A stretch of 64,000 nucleotides of DNA from Planctomycetota bacterium (GTDB taxonomy: Bacteria; Planctomycetota; UBA8108; SXIK01): the NCBI GenBank assembly GCA_965223845.1, contig CBDCXR010000004.1:7680001-7744000 (forward strand). Reading direction: 5' to 3'. Positions 10,477 through 18,414 of this stretch are shown in pieces. Numbering within the stretch: position 1 is the first letter of the stretch; the number at the start of each line of letters is the position of its first letter. The notes below the pieces were generated by a model. That model saw only the letters and a list, made by a program, of their open reading frames with translations. It searched no databases and had not been told where the DNA came from. Made by a program: the position numbers and the translations under genes.

Positions 10477-10492
10477 GGGCGTACAGCTTGCA
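10477..10492 (+). promoter_or_regulatory. Possible sigma54 -24/-12 promoter (GGGCGTACAGCTTGCA)
   Basis: GG-N10-GC with TTGCA; about 300 nt upstream of the CDS at 10800. Confidence 0.35.
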
Positions 10493-10799
10493 AACTCCGT
10501 CTCGGCGTCCGCGGAGGCGGACTCCGCACGGGAGAGATCCTGTGGTCGAATCGGCGTTCGCGCCGACGAAAGAGGAAGCTCCGGACAGTGCGTTCGGACG
10601 GAAAGTTCCGAGTATCCGCGGCATTTGGCCTGGCCGCACTGAACGCCGCATTCACTAGCGGGTCGGTGTTCGGCTTCCCCGGGCGCGGAGTGGCTCGGCG
10701 GTCGCGTTCGGTGGGGCGAAATCGGGCGACCGAGGCGAATCGCCACGGTCCCGCGGCCCGTTCGCCGCTCGCGAGATCCTTCGACGGAGAAAGACTTCC

Positions 10800-12212
10800 A
10801 TGCATCGCTTTCCGCGCCCTCGGGATGGCCTCGCGCAGTGCGCTCTCGTCGTCGCTTGCGCGCTTCTCCTAGCCGGCTCCGTCGGCTGCGACAGCGAGAG
10901 TCTCTTCGGCGATGGCGGATCCGCCGACGCGGCGGTGACGACCCCCGCCGGCGTCCAAACCGGCGATATTACGCTCGTCTACCGCCTCACCGGCGAAGAC
11001 GGCGAGACGGTGAACGTCCGCGTCCTCTATACGACGAACGGGATCACCTACCTCAACGCGTCGGAAGGTGTCGGCGGCGACGGCACTGAGGACCTCACCG
11101 TCAGCGCAGCCGGCGAGTTTCACTCTTACGTTTGGGATTCAGGGCGCGATCTACCGGGGGCACGACGCTCTGACATTCGCGTAAAGGTCGTTCCGACCGG
11201 CGGACTCTCCGATACGACGGGGAACATCCGCATCCACAACTCGGAGTTCCTCGTCACTCTCGACGACGCGTCCGCCGGGCGCGCGAGATTGTTCGTGGTC
11301 GACGTGACGGACGGAGCGGACTCCGCGCGCGGCACTTACGCCACCGGCGGGACGAATCCCGACGACCTCATCTACTCCGATGGGTTCTTCCTCATCACTC
11401 ACCGCACTACCGACGACGTCGCGGTGCTTCAGCTCGACGAAGAGGCCAAGACGCTCTCGCCCGTTGAGAGCTCACCGTTTGCGGGCGACGGGATCGGCGC
11501 GAGTGCGATCGCGACGGATGGTGAACACGTTTTCGTCTCCAACTCGGCGAGTCAGACTCTCTCGGTCTTCAACTTCAACTCGAGCACGGGAGCGCTGACG
11601 CTCAGCGCATTCAGCAACGTCTCTGCGAGCGGTTGCCGAGGCCTCGTCGTCCGCTCGAGTCGGCTCTACGTGGCCGACGCGGTGAACGATCGCATCCACG
11701 TCTTCGACATCGCTTCGAATGGCGAGCTCTTCACGAACAGCGCCTCTCCCGTGACGACGGGTGGACTCGGTCAGCCGGGCGCGCTCGCGCGTGTCGGCTC
11801 GTTCCTCTACGCGGCGAATGAAGGCGCGAGCTCGGTGAGCGGCTTTGTCGTCGAGAGTGGTGGAGCTCTCACTCCGATCGCGGGTTCGCCGTTCGCGACG
11901 ACGGTGTCGCCGCTCGTTCACCTCGCAGCGAATGGTTTCTCGCTCCTAGGCGTCGACGGCACCGGCGCTCGCCTCGACCTTCTCGCTGTCGACCCTCTCG
12001 GTGCACTCACCGAAGACCCGACCGGTCCGTTCGGACTCTCCGGTGACGGCGTGGCGATCGCATCGACCGGCGAGGTCGTCGTCGCGTCGGCGAGCGGCGC
12101 GAGGAGCCTCCACGTCTACACGATCGTTGCGGGAGGCGGGCTTTCGGAGATTTCCTCGAGCCCGATTTCGGTCGGCGTCGACACTCGTCGGATGGCGTTC
12201 TCTCGCGAGTGA
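10800..12212 (+). CDS. Lipoprotein with lactonase-family beta-propeller
   Basis: Lipobox-like SVGC; repeated blades such as FLYAANEGASSVSGF...GALTPIAGSPF. Confidence 0.8.
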   Translation: MHRFPRPRDGLAQCALVVACALLLAGSVGCDSESLFGDGGSADAAVTTPAGVQTGDITLVYRLTGEDGETVNVRVLYTTNGITYLNASEGVGGDGTEDLTVSAAGEFHSYVWDSGRDLPGARRSDIRVKVVPTGGLSDTTGNIRIHNSEFLVTLDDASAGRARLFVVDVTDGADSARGTYATGGTNPDDLIYSDGFFLITHRTTDDVAVLQLDEEAKTLSPVESSPFAGDGIGASAIATDGEHVFVSNSASQTLSVFNFNSSTGALTLSAFSNVSASGCRGLVVRSSRLYVADAVNDRIHVFDIASNGELFTNSASPVTTGGLGQPGALARVGSFLYAANEGASSVSGFVVESGGALTPIAGSPFATTVSPLVHLAANGFSLLGVDGTGARLDLLAVDPLGALTEDPTGPFGLSGDGVAIASTGEVVVASASGARSLHVYTIVAGGGLSEISSSPISVGVDTRRMAFSRE

Positions 12213-12291
12213 GCTCCAGTCCCGACTCTGACCGCGCCGTCCGTCGTAGACGGGAACGGACTCCGCCCGAACGCAGTACCCCGCGATCGGG

Positions 12292-13989
12292 CTAGGTCTC
12301 TCGCCCTGCGGCCGCGATACGGTCGCGGTGACGACGAAAGTACTTTAGCCCGGGAAAGAAAAAGCACGCGGCGGAGACGACGCCAAACACGGTAAGCCCC
12401 CAGCCCGGGTAGAGGATGATCACCGCGGAGCAGAGGTAGAGCGCCACGGCCTCGAAATAGAAGCGCCCCGATAGGATTCCGCCCTTCGAGAGGAAGACGT
12501 TCCCGCTGAGGAGCGGGAGTACGGGCGAGAGCGAGAGGACGGGGAGATCGAGGAGAATCTCGACGAGAAAGAGGAGCGAGCTCGAGAGGATGGCTCCGGC
12601 CCAGAGGTGTGCGATCTGGCGCTCCATGAACGTGATCGGGCCGGAGCGATGGCGGAGGCCCCAAAAGATCACGCCCCACGTGCCGAGGCCTCCACTCCAG
12701 AGCGCGATGTACGGAATGCGTGCCTCGACGCCGCCGTTCTTCATCGCGTTCGTCGTGACGCAAAGCGCGATCAACGCGACGCTGTGAAGCATCCAGAGGA
12801 GTCCCCAGTTCTCGAGGATCTGCGCGTGGTGAGTCTCGCGAAAAATGCGGCTCACGACGTCGACGATGCTCGTCGAACGCGCGGATACGGAATCCCCGTC
12901 GCGGTAGGCCCGGAGATCATGCGCGAGCTCTCTCGCGCTCTCGTAGCGAAGGTCCTGCGGCTTCTGCAGGCACTTGAGCACGACGAGCTCGAGGTCGCGA
13001 TCGATGCTCGGCTGGAGAACGCGCGGCGGCGGCGGGTCCTGCTCGATCACGGCGAGAATGGTCGTCACCGGGGTCGCCGCCTGAAACGGAGGGCGACCCG
13101 TGAGCGCGTGGTAGAGCACGCTTCCGAGACCGTACACGTCCGTCGTCGCGTCGATCCGGTCGCTCGCACCCGTCGCTTGCTCGGGAGACATGTAGCTCGG
13201 AGTGCCGAGAACTGCTCCCGTTTCCGTGAGATCACCGTCGCCCTCGATTTCCTTCGCGAGGCCGAAGTCCGTGACGTGAGGGATGCCGTCCGGATCGATC
13301 AGGATGTTCGAGGGTTTGAGATCGCGGTGATAGATGCCCTGTTCGTGCGCGTATTGAATCGCGTTCGCAACCGACGAGACGAGCTCTGCTGCTTCCCTGG
13401 ACTCGAGCGGTCCGCGGGCGAGGCGAGCGGCCAAGGTCTCGCCGGCGACGAAACGCATGGTGAAGTAGAGCTGCCCCCGCGTCTCGCCGACTTCGTACAC
13501 GGGAACGATGTTCGGATGGTCGAGGCGCGCCGCGGCCTGGGCTTCCGATCGAAAGCGTGCGACATCGACCGTCGACGCGGCCCCGCCGAGACGAAGGATC
13601 TTGAGCGCAACGGTCCGATCGAGACTCCGCTGGCGGGCCTTGTAGACGATTCCCATTCCGCCGCGTCCGAGCTCCTCGAGGATTTCGTAGTCGTCGAGAC
13701 CATCCAGGTTCGCGATCGGGTCGTTCGATTCCTCGCGGCCTTCTAGGCTCGTCTCGCTCGCCGAGTTGTTTTCGCTGAGCGTCGTTCCCGATCGCGCGAG
13801 CTGCTCGGTGACGACGAGTGCACCGAGCAGCGCGCGCAGCTCGCTCTCGAGCTCGGGACGCTCGCCGACGAGCGCGCGCGGATCCGGATGCCCCCCGGCG
13901 CGGAGCTCCGCCGTCGCCTCCTCGAGACAGCCGAGGAGGAACTCATCGGAGTCGGGAGGCTGATCGCCGGTGTCGTCGCTCGAGCTCAT
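12292..13989 (-). CDS. Ser/Thr protein kinase with multi-pass membrane C-terminus
   Basis: LGRGGMGIVY, VALK, HRDLKPSN, DFGLAK, GTPSYMSPEQ; several hydrophobic helices at the C-terminus; start overlaps the ECF stop. Confidence 0.95.
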   Translation of the reverse strand: MSSSDDTGDQPPDSDEFLLGCLEEATAELRAGGHPDPRALVGERPELESELRALLGALVVTEQLARSGTTLSENNSASETSLEGREESNDPIANLDGLDDYEILEELGRGGMGIVYKARQRSLDRTVALKILRLGGAASTVDVARFRSEAQAAARLDHPNIVPVYEVGETRGQLYFTMRFVAGETLAARLARGPLESREAAELVSSVANAIQYAHEQGIYHRDLKPSNILIDPDGIPHVTDFGLAKEIEGDGDLTETGAVLGTPSYMSPEQATGASDRIDATTDVYGLGSVLYHALTGRPPFQAATPVTTILAVIEQDPPPPRVLQPSIDRDLELVVLKCLQKPQDLRYESARELAHDLRAYRDGDSVSARSTSIVDVVSRIFRETHHAQILENWGLLWMLHSVALIALCVTTNAMKNGGVEARIPYIALWSGGLGTWGVIFWGLRHRSGPITFMERQIAHLWAGAILSSSLLFLVEILLDLPVLSLSPVLPLLSGNVFLSKGGILSGRFYFEAVALYLCSAVIILYPGWGLTVFGVVSAACFFFPGLKYFRRHRDRIAAAGRET

Positions 13990-14615
13990 ACCGTTTCCTC
14001 TCCTCCCGGATTCAGCGTCGCGCCCAGTCGGCGCAGCGCACGCAGGTACCGCATCCCAGCGGCCGGCTCACTGAGGCCGAGCTCTCGCGCGACCTCTTGA
14101 TTCGTGTAGTGCTCGAAGTGCCGGAGCACGATGATCTCGCGGTCGTCCGGCTTCAAGTGCTCGAGTGCGTCGCGGAATCTCCGCTCGAGCTCCGCGCGCA
14201 TCGCCGTGGCGGCTGGTGTGAGGCCACTCGCGGCGAGCTGAGAGGCGAGCTGGATCGAGGATCGGTCGCCGAACTGTGGATTCGCGAGCGAGCGCTCTCG
14301 GTCGACGCTCCGGCGCTGAGCGGCTCGGTGTCGGCGGTGGGCGTCGATCACGTGATCCTTCGCGAGGTGCCGGAGCCAGATGTGAAACGGCATCGCGGGA
14401 TTGCTCGCGTACTCGGCGAGCCGGCGACTTGCTTCGACGAGCGTCTCTTGGACGACGTCGCTCGCGTCCACCCGGCCGGCGATCGCGGGATCGAGGCGGA
14501 GCTCGACCACGCGGCGAAGCGTAGGTCGGTGCCGACCGAGCAGCCGGTCGATCGCTTTGCTGTCGCCGCTTCGAACGAGTTCGAGGAGCTCTTGCGTTTC
14601 GTCGGGTCCCGCCAT
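13986..14615 (-). CDS. ECF sigma-70 factor, Planctomycete type
   Basis: RVDASDVVQETL, WLRHLA, RRHRAAQRRSVDRE and region 4 DREIIVLRHFEHYTNQEVARELG; start taken at ATG 14615. Confidence 0.9.
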   Translation of the reverse strand: MAGPDETQELLELVRSGDSKAIDRLLGRHRPTLRRVVELRLDPAIAGRVDASDVVQETLVEASRRLAEYASNPAMPFHIWLRHLAKDHVIDAHRRHRAAQRRSVDRERSLANPQFGDRSSIQLASQLAASGLTPAATAMRAELERRFRDALEHLKPDDREIIVLRHFEHYTNQEVARELGLSEPAAGMRYLRALRRLGATLNPGGEETV

Positions 14616-14729
14616 GATAGTAGTCGGACGCATTGTACCCGATCGCTCCGGAGGGTGGTGGCGGGAGTCCCCTAGGCGGCGCTCGAGGGAGGGCGTTGTC
14701 GCCGCGGAGTTCGTACGGAGACTGAAGGT

Positions 14730-15740
14730 TTGGATTTCTCTCGGTTCGAGCAGTGGGCGGTCCCGGTCGGGAGCTTCTCCCGGATCCGCGTCAAGATTCA
14801 TGTGCTCTTGATTGGGTTCTGGCTCTACGAGCTGAACGACCTGTTGGGGCAGGACATCGCCCGCGGCCAATTGCTTCTCCTCTGGGTCCTCGGGAGCTTC
14901 ACTCTCTTCTTCACGATCCTCCTCCATGAGTTCGGGCACTGCTTCGCCGCGCGCAGAGTCGGCGGCGACGCCGAGGAGATCATCCTCTGGCCGCTCGGCG
15001 GGCTTGCCCTCTGTCACGCGCCGCTCCTCCCACGTTCGCAGTTCATCGTCGCGGCGGGTGGTCCGCTCGTGACGCTCGTGATCCTGGTCGTTTCATGGAT
15101 CGGGTTTTTCGCGCTCGACACGTGGTGGCCAGCGCTCACTCAGTCGAATCTCTACGTGATGTACGTACGCTGGTATCTCACGGATCTTCAGCTCTTCCTG
15201 CTCATATTCAACTCCGTGCCTTGGTACCCGCTCGATGGCGGCCGGATGTTCCAAGCGATGGTTTGGGCGCGTTTCTCTCGACGCGGTGACGCGGGATCGT
15301 ACGGCCACGCGTCGCTCATCACGGTGTATGTCTCCCGGGTCTGCGCCGCGCTCGGCCTCGCGTACGGTCTCTACGTGCTCTTTGTCCACCAGTCGATGTA
15401 CATGATCGTGCTCGCTCTCTGGGTGTGGATGGGGACGGAGGGACTCCGGCGTCAGATCGCCGAGGGCGCCGAGCAGGACTATTCGTTCGGCTACGATTTT
15501 TCGCGGGGGTACACGAGTCTCGAAAGCAGTCAGCCGCGAGCGCCGGAGCCGCGGCGGAAAGGAGCGTTTCGTGGGTGGCTCAGAGGTCGACGCAAGCGCC
15601 CGTTCGAGTCGGCGCAGCCATCCTCCGAGGAGCGCGAGAGGGTCGACGCGCTCCTCGCGAAAATCCAGCGCGAGGGAATGCCGTCGCTCACGCGGGAGGA
15701 GCGGAAGTTCCTCGATCGCGTCAGTCGACGCTATCGGTAA
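14730..15740 (+). CDS. Site-2 protease (M50) with C-terminal DUF6576-like tail
   Basis: HEFGH, AAGGP, FNSVPWYPLDGG; tail RVDALLAKIQREGMPSLTREERKFL. Confidence 0.9.
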   Translation: MDFSRFEQWAVPVGSFSRIRVKIHVLLIGFWLYELNDLLGQDIARGQLLLLWVLGSFTLFFTILLHEFGHCFAARRVGGDAEEIILWPLGGLALCHAPLLPRSQFIVAAGGPLVTLVILVVSWIGFFALDTWWPALTQSNLYVMYVRWYLTDLQLFLLIFNSVPWYPLDGGRMFQAMVWARFSRRGDAGSYGHASLITVYVSRVCAALGLAYGLYVLFVHQSMYMIVLALWVWMGTEGLRRQIAEGAEQDYSFGYDFSRGYTSLESSQPRAPEPRRKGAFRGWLRGRRKRPFESAQPSSEERERVDALLAKIQREGMPSLTREERKFLDRVSRRYR

Positions 15741-15763
15741 CGAGACGCGAGAATCACGCCGGC

Positions 15764-16438
15764 CTACTCGAGCACGAATCCCTCGCCGTGCCGAGTGACG
15801 ATGTGTTCGGGGCGCTTCGGATCGACTTCGAGCTTCCGCCGAAGCATCAAAATGTGAAAGTCGATGCTGCGGACTGCGCTCGAAGCCGCGAGTCCGCTCG
15901 TTCCGCGGAGGATTTCCTCGCGCGACACCGCGCGGCCGCGATGGCGGGCGAGGTACAGAAGAACATCGCGTTCCTTCTTTCTGAGCGCAACCTCGACGTC
16001 GCGGCGCCAGACGCGCCCCTCGCTGAGGTCGATGCGGACCTCCCCGAAGCTGACCGTGTCACCGGAGCGGCCCGCGCGGCGAAGAAGGGCCTGAATTCGC
16101 GCGAGCAGCTCGGCGATGCCGAACGGCTTCGCGAGGTAGTCGTCTGCACCGCTCCGAAGGCCTTCGACCTTGTCCGATTCGTCGCCCCGCGCACTCAGAA
16201 TCAGCACCGGGCGATCGCGATCCCGAAGCCGGAGCCAACGGAGCACGGAGAGTCCGTCTCGTTTCGGGAGCATGAGATCGAGCACGACGAGATCGAATGC
16301 TCGGTCCTCGAGCTCGCGGATGGCGCCTTCGCCGTCCACCGCCGTTGTGACCCGATAGCCTTCGGAGGTGAGTTTCTCCTCGAGCCCGACGCGGATCGCG
16401 GTGTCGTCCTCGACGATGAGAAGGCTCGGCGCGCTCAC
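15764..16438 (-). CDS. OmpR-family response regulator
   Basis: LLIVEDD, DLVVLDLMLP, GADDYLAKPF, winged-helix end LRRKLEVDPKRPEHIVTRHGEGF; GTG 16438 overlaps the kinase stop. Confidence 0.93.
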   Translation of the reverse strand: MSAPSLLIVEDDTAIRVGLEEKLTSEGYRVTTAVDGEGAIRELEDRAFDLVVLDLMLPKRDGLSVLRWLRLRDRDRPVLILSARGDESDKVEGLRSGADDYLAKPFGIAELLARIQALLRRAGRSGDTVSFGEVRIDLSEGRVWRRDVEVALRKKERDVLLYLARHRGRAVSREEILRGTSGLAASSAVRSIDFHILMLRRKLEVDPKRPEHIVTRHGEGFVLE

Positions 16439-18414
16439 GACGCGTCTCCGGCGGAGCGATGCGAGTCCTCGGGCGGGGCGGGATTCTCGGAACCTTCCGG
16501 AAAAGCGGGGAGAAGTCGCGGGCCGTTCACGCCTGCGATCGGGAGGCGGAGCGTGAACGTCGATCCGCTCCCGCGCGTGCTCTCGAGCGTGAGTTCGCCG
16601 CCCATCTGCTCGCTGAGCCGGCGCGCGATCGCGAGCCCGAGGCCCGTTCCCTGAACGGAGTAGTCGTCGAAGCTTGCGCGGACAAACTCGTCGAAGACGC
16701 GCTTTCGATCTTCGGGCGCGATGCCGACGCCGTTGTCTGCGATCGCGACCTCGATCCAAGGCGTCGCGCGCGAGACTCGAAGGCGAATCTGCGGCCGTTC
16801 CTCGCCTCGATACTTGAGTGCGTTCTCGAGGAGATTGAGAACGATTCGTTCGAGCGCGCGAGCATCGGCGCGTGCCACGCAGTCTCCTCTTTCGCGTTCG
16901 AATTGGAACTCGACGCCCGACTCTCGCGCGCGAAATGCGAACATCTCTGCGGTCTTTTCGAGTGCGGCGCCCACGTCGACACGTACGAGTTGAACGGTCG
17001 TGATCCCGCGCTCGAGTCGGGAGAACTCGAGCACATTCTCGATCGTGCGGCTGAGCCGGAGGCTCTCTCCGTGCAGGAGCGATGCGTAGCGCTGCGCCGT
17101 CGCGGCGTCCAGTTCGTCCGTCGAGAGCATCTCCGAGAAGAGACGGATCGACGTGGCGGGAGTCTTGAGCTCATGGGAGACGTTCGCGAGAAGCTGCGAC
17201 TTCAGGCGAGCGAGTCGACGTTCCCGCCGAACGAACGCGACGAGCGCGCCGGCGCCGGCGAGCGTTGTCACGACGAGGAGGCCGATGAGTAGGCGGAGAA
17301 TGCGGCGGCGTTCGTGGAGCCCAGCGACGCGTAGAGATCGGCGCGGGTCCGAGACAAGCAGCCGTCCGACCGTCGCCGCACCGAAGACAACCGGGCGCCG
17401 GACGCTTGCGTCGACGTGAGTCGTTTCCGACTCGCTGGGTTCGAGGCGAGCTTCGTACCCGCGCGCGAGCGCGAGCGGCGGAGGTTCGAACGGAACTCGG
17501 ACGAGCGCACGGTGTTGACCGCCGTCCGGCGAGGTCACCGGGAAAGCCGCGAGAATGCCGTCGCCGTCGAGTACCGCTTCTTCGTCGACGAGAGCGTGCG
17601 GGCAACGTCGCGCGGCGCCAGCGAGCTCAGCGCGAGCGGCGAGCAGGTCGGGCAGCGTCGAAGCCGGGAGGCGACGCGCGGCGAGCGAAAGAAGGCGGTC
17701 GGAGGCGAGGCCGTGCTCGCGGGCGAGGATCTCGCCGAGATCCGCGGTCGACATCGGAAGCGCCGGTCGGCTCGAGTCGGACTCCGGCCCGAGATCGAGG
17801 AGGGCGAACGCCGCGAGGAAGACGAGAGGTTTGCCGTCTTCAGACCAAGTCGCTTGCGTCCCGTTCAGAATCGACGTGAGGATCCCGCGTGCGAGACGGT
17901 CGCGACCGGTCGCGCGCGCGGCGCGCGCCGACGCGAGCCGAAGTCGATCGCCGAGCTCGCGGTCGCGAATGCGAGCTAGGTAGAACGCGTAGGCATCGAG
18001 AGCGCGCGCAGGCGCGTCGAGCACGTGCTCGAAGTACTCGCCGCCGCGAACGCAGAGTCGATAGAGGTACTCGTCGTCCCCGGCTCGTTGGAGCCGGGCT
18101 TCGGGCCGGAGATCGAACGTGAGAGTGCGGGCGGCGGCGTCGCGAACGAATCCGACGAGAGGTGCTACGCGCACCGGCTCACCCTCCGCTACCGAGCGCT
18201 GCGTCCGCGCTCGAATGCGCTCGAACTCTCGATCCGCTGCCGCGAGCGCGGAGCTGACGCGAGTCGCGAGCGCGTCGGCCTCGATCTCCAGCTCCGCGTC
18301 GATGGCTGAAACCGCCGCGGCGAAATCCTGGTCCGCGACGCGTAGAGCGAAGTACGCGAGACCGAGAGAGGGCGCGAGGAGTAGGAGCGCGAACGCAGCG
18401 ACGGATCGGATCAA
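16435..18414 (-). CDS. Membrane sensor histidine kinase
   Basis: Two TM segments, H-box SHELKTP, NLLENALKY, DNGVGI, GTGLGL; TTG start overlaps the upstream TGA. Confidence 0.92.
   Translation of the reverse strand: MIRSVAAFALLLLAPSLGLAYFALRVADQDFAAAVSAIDAELEIEADALATRVSSALAAADREFERIRARTQRSVAEGEPVRVAPLVGFVRDAAARTLTFDLRPEARLQRAGDDEYLYRLCVRGGEYFEHVLDAPARALDAYAFYLARIRDRELGDRLRLASARAARATGRDRLARGILTSILNGTQATWSEDGKPLVFLAAFALLDLGPESDSSRPALPMSTADLGEILAREHGLASDRLLSLAARRLPASTLPDLLAARAELAGAARRCPHALVDEEAVLDGDGILAAFPVTSPDGGQHRALVRVPFEPPPLALARGYEARLEPSESETTHVDASVRRPVVFGAATVGRLLVSDPRRSLRVAGLHERRRILRLLIGLLVVTTLAGAGALVAFVRRERRLARLKSQLLANVSHELKTPATSIRLFSEMLSTDELDAATAQRYASLLHGESLRLSRTIENVLEFSRLERGITTVQLVRVDVGAALEKTAEMFAFRARESGVEFQFERERGDCVARADARALERIVLNLLENALKYRGEERPQIRLRVSRATPWIEVAIADNGVGIAPEDRKRVFDEFVRASFDDYSVQGTGLGLAIARRLSEQMGGELTLESTRGSGSTFTLRLPIAGVNGPRLLPAFPEGSENPAPPEDSHRSAGDAS

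Noticed and set aside
10572-10586. GAGGAAGCTCCGGAC resembling the RNase P RNA 5' motif
   Set aside because: Differs from GAGGAAAGTCC, and the matching 3' P4 motif (ACAGAA.CCGGCTTA) was not found downstream.
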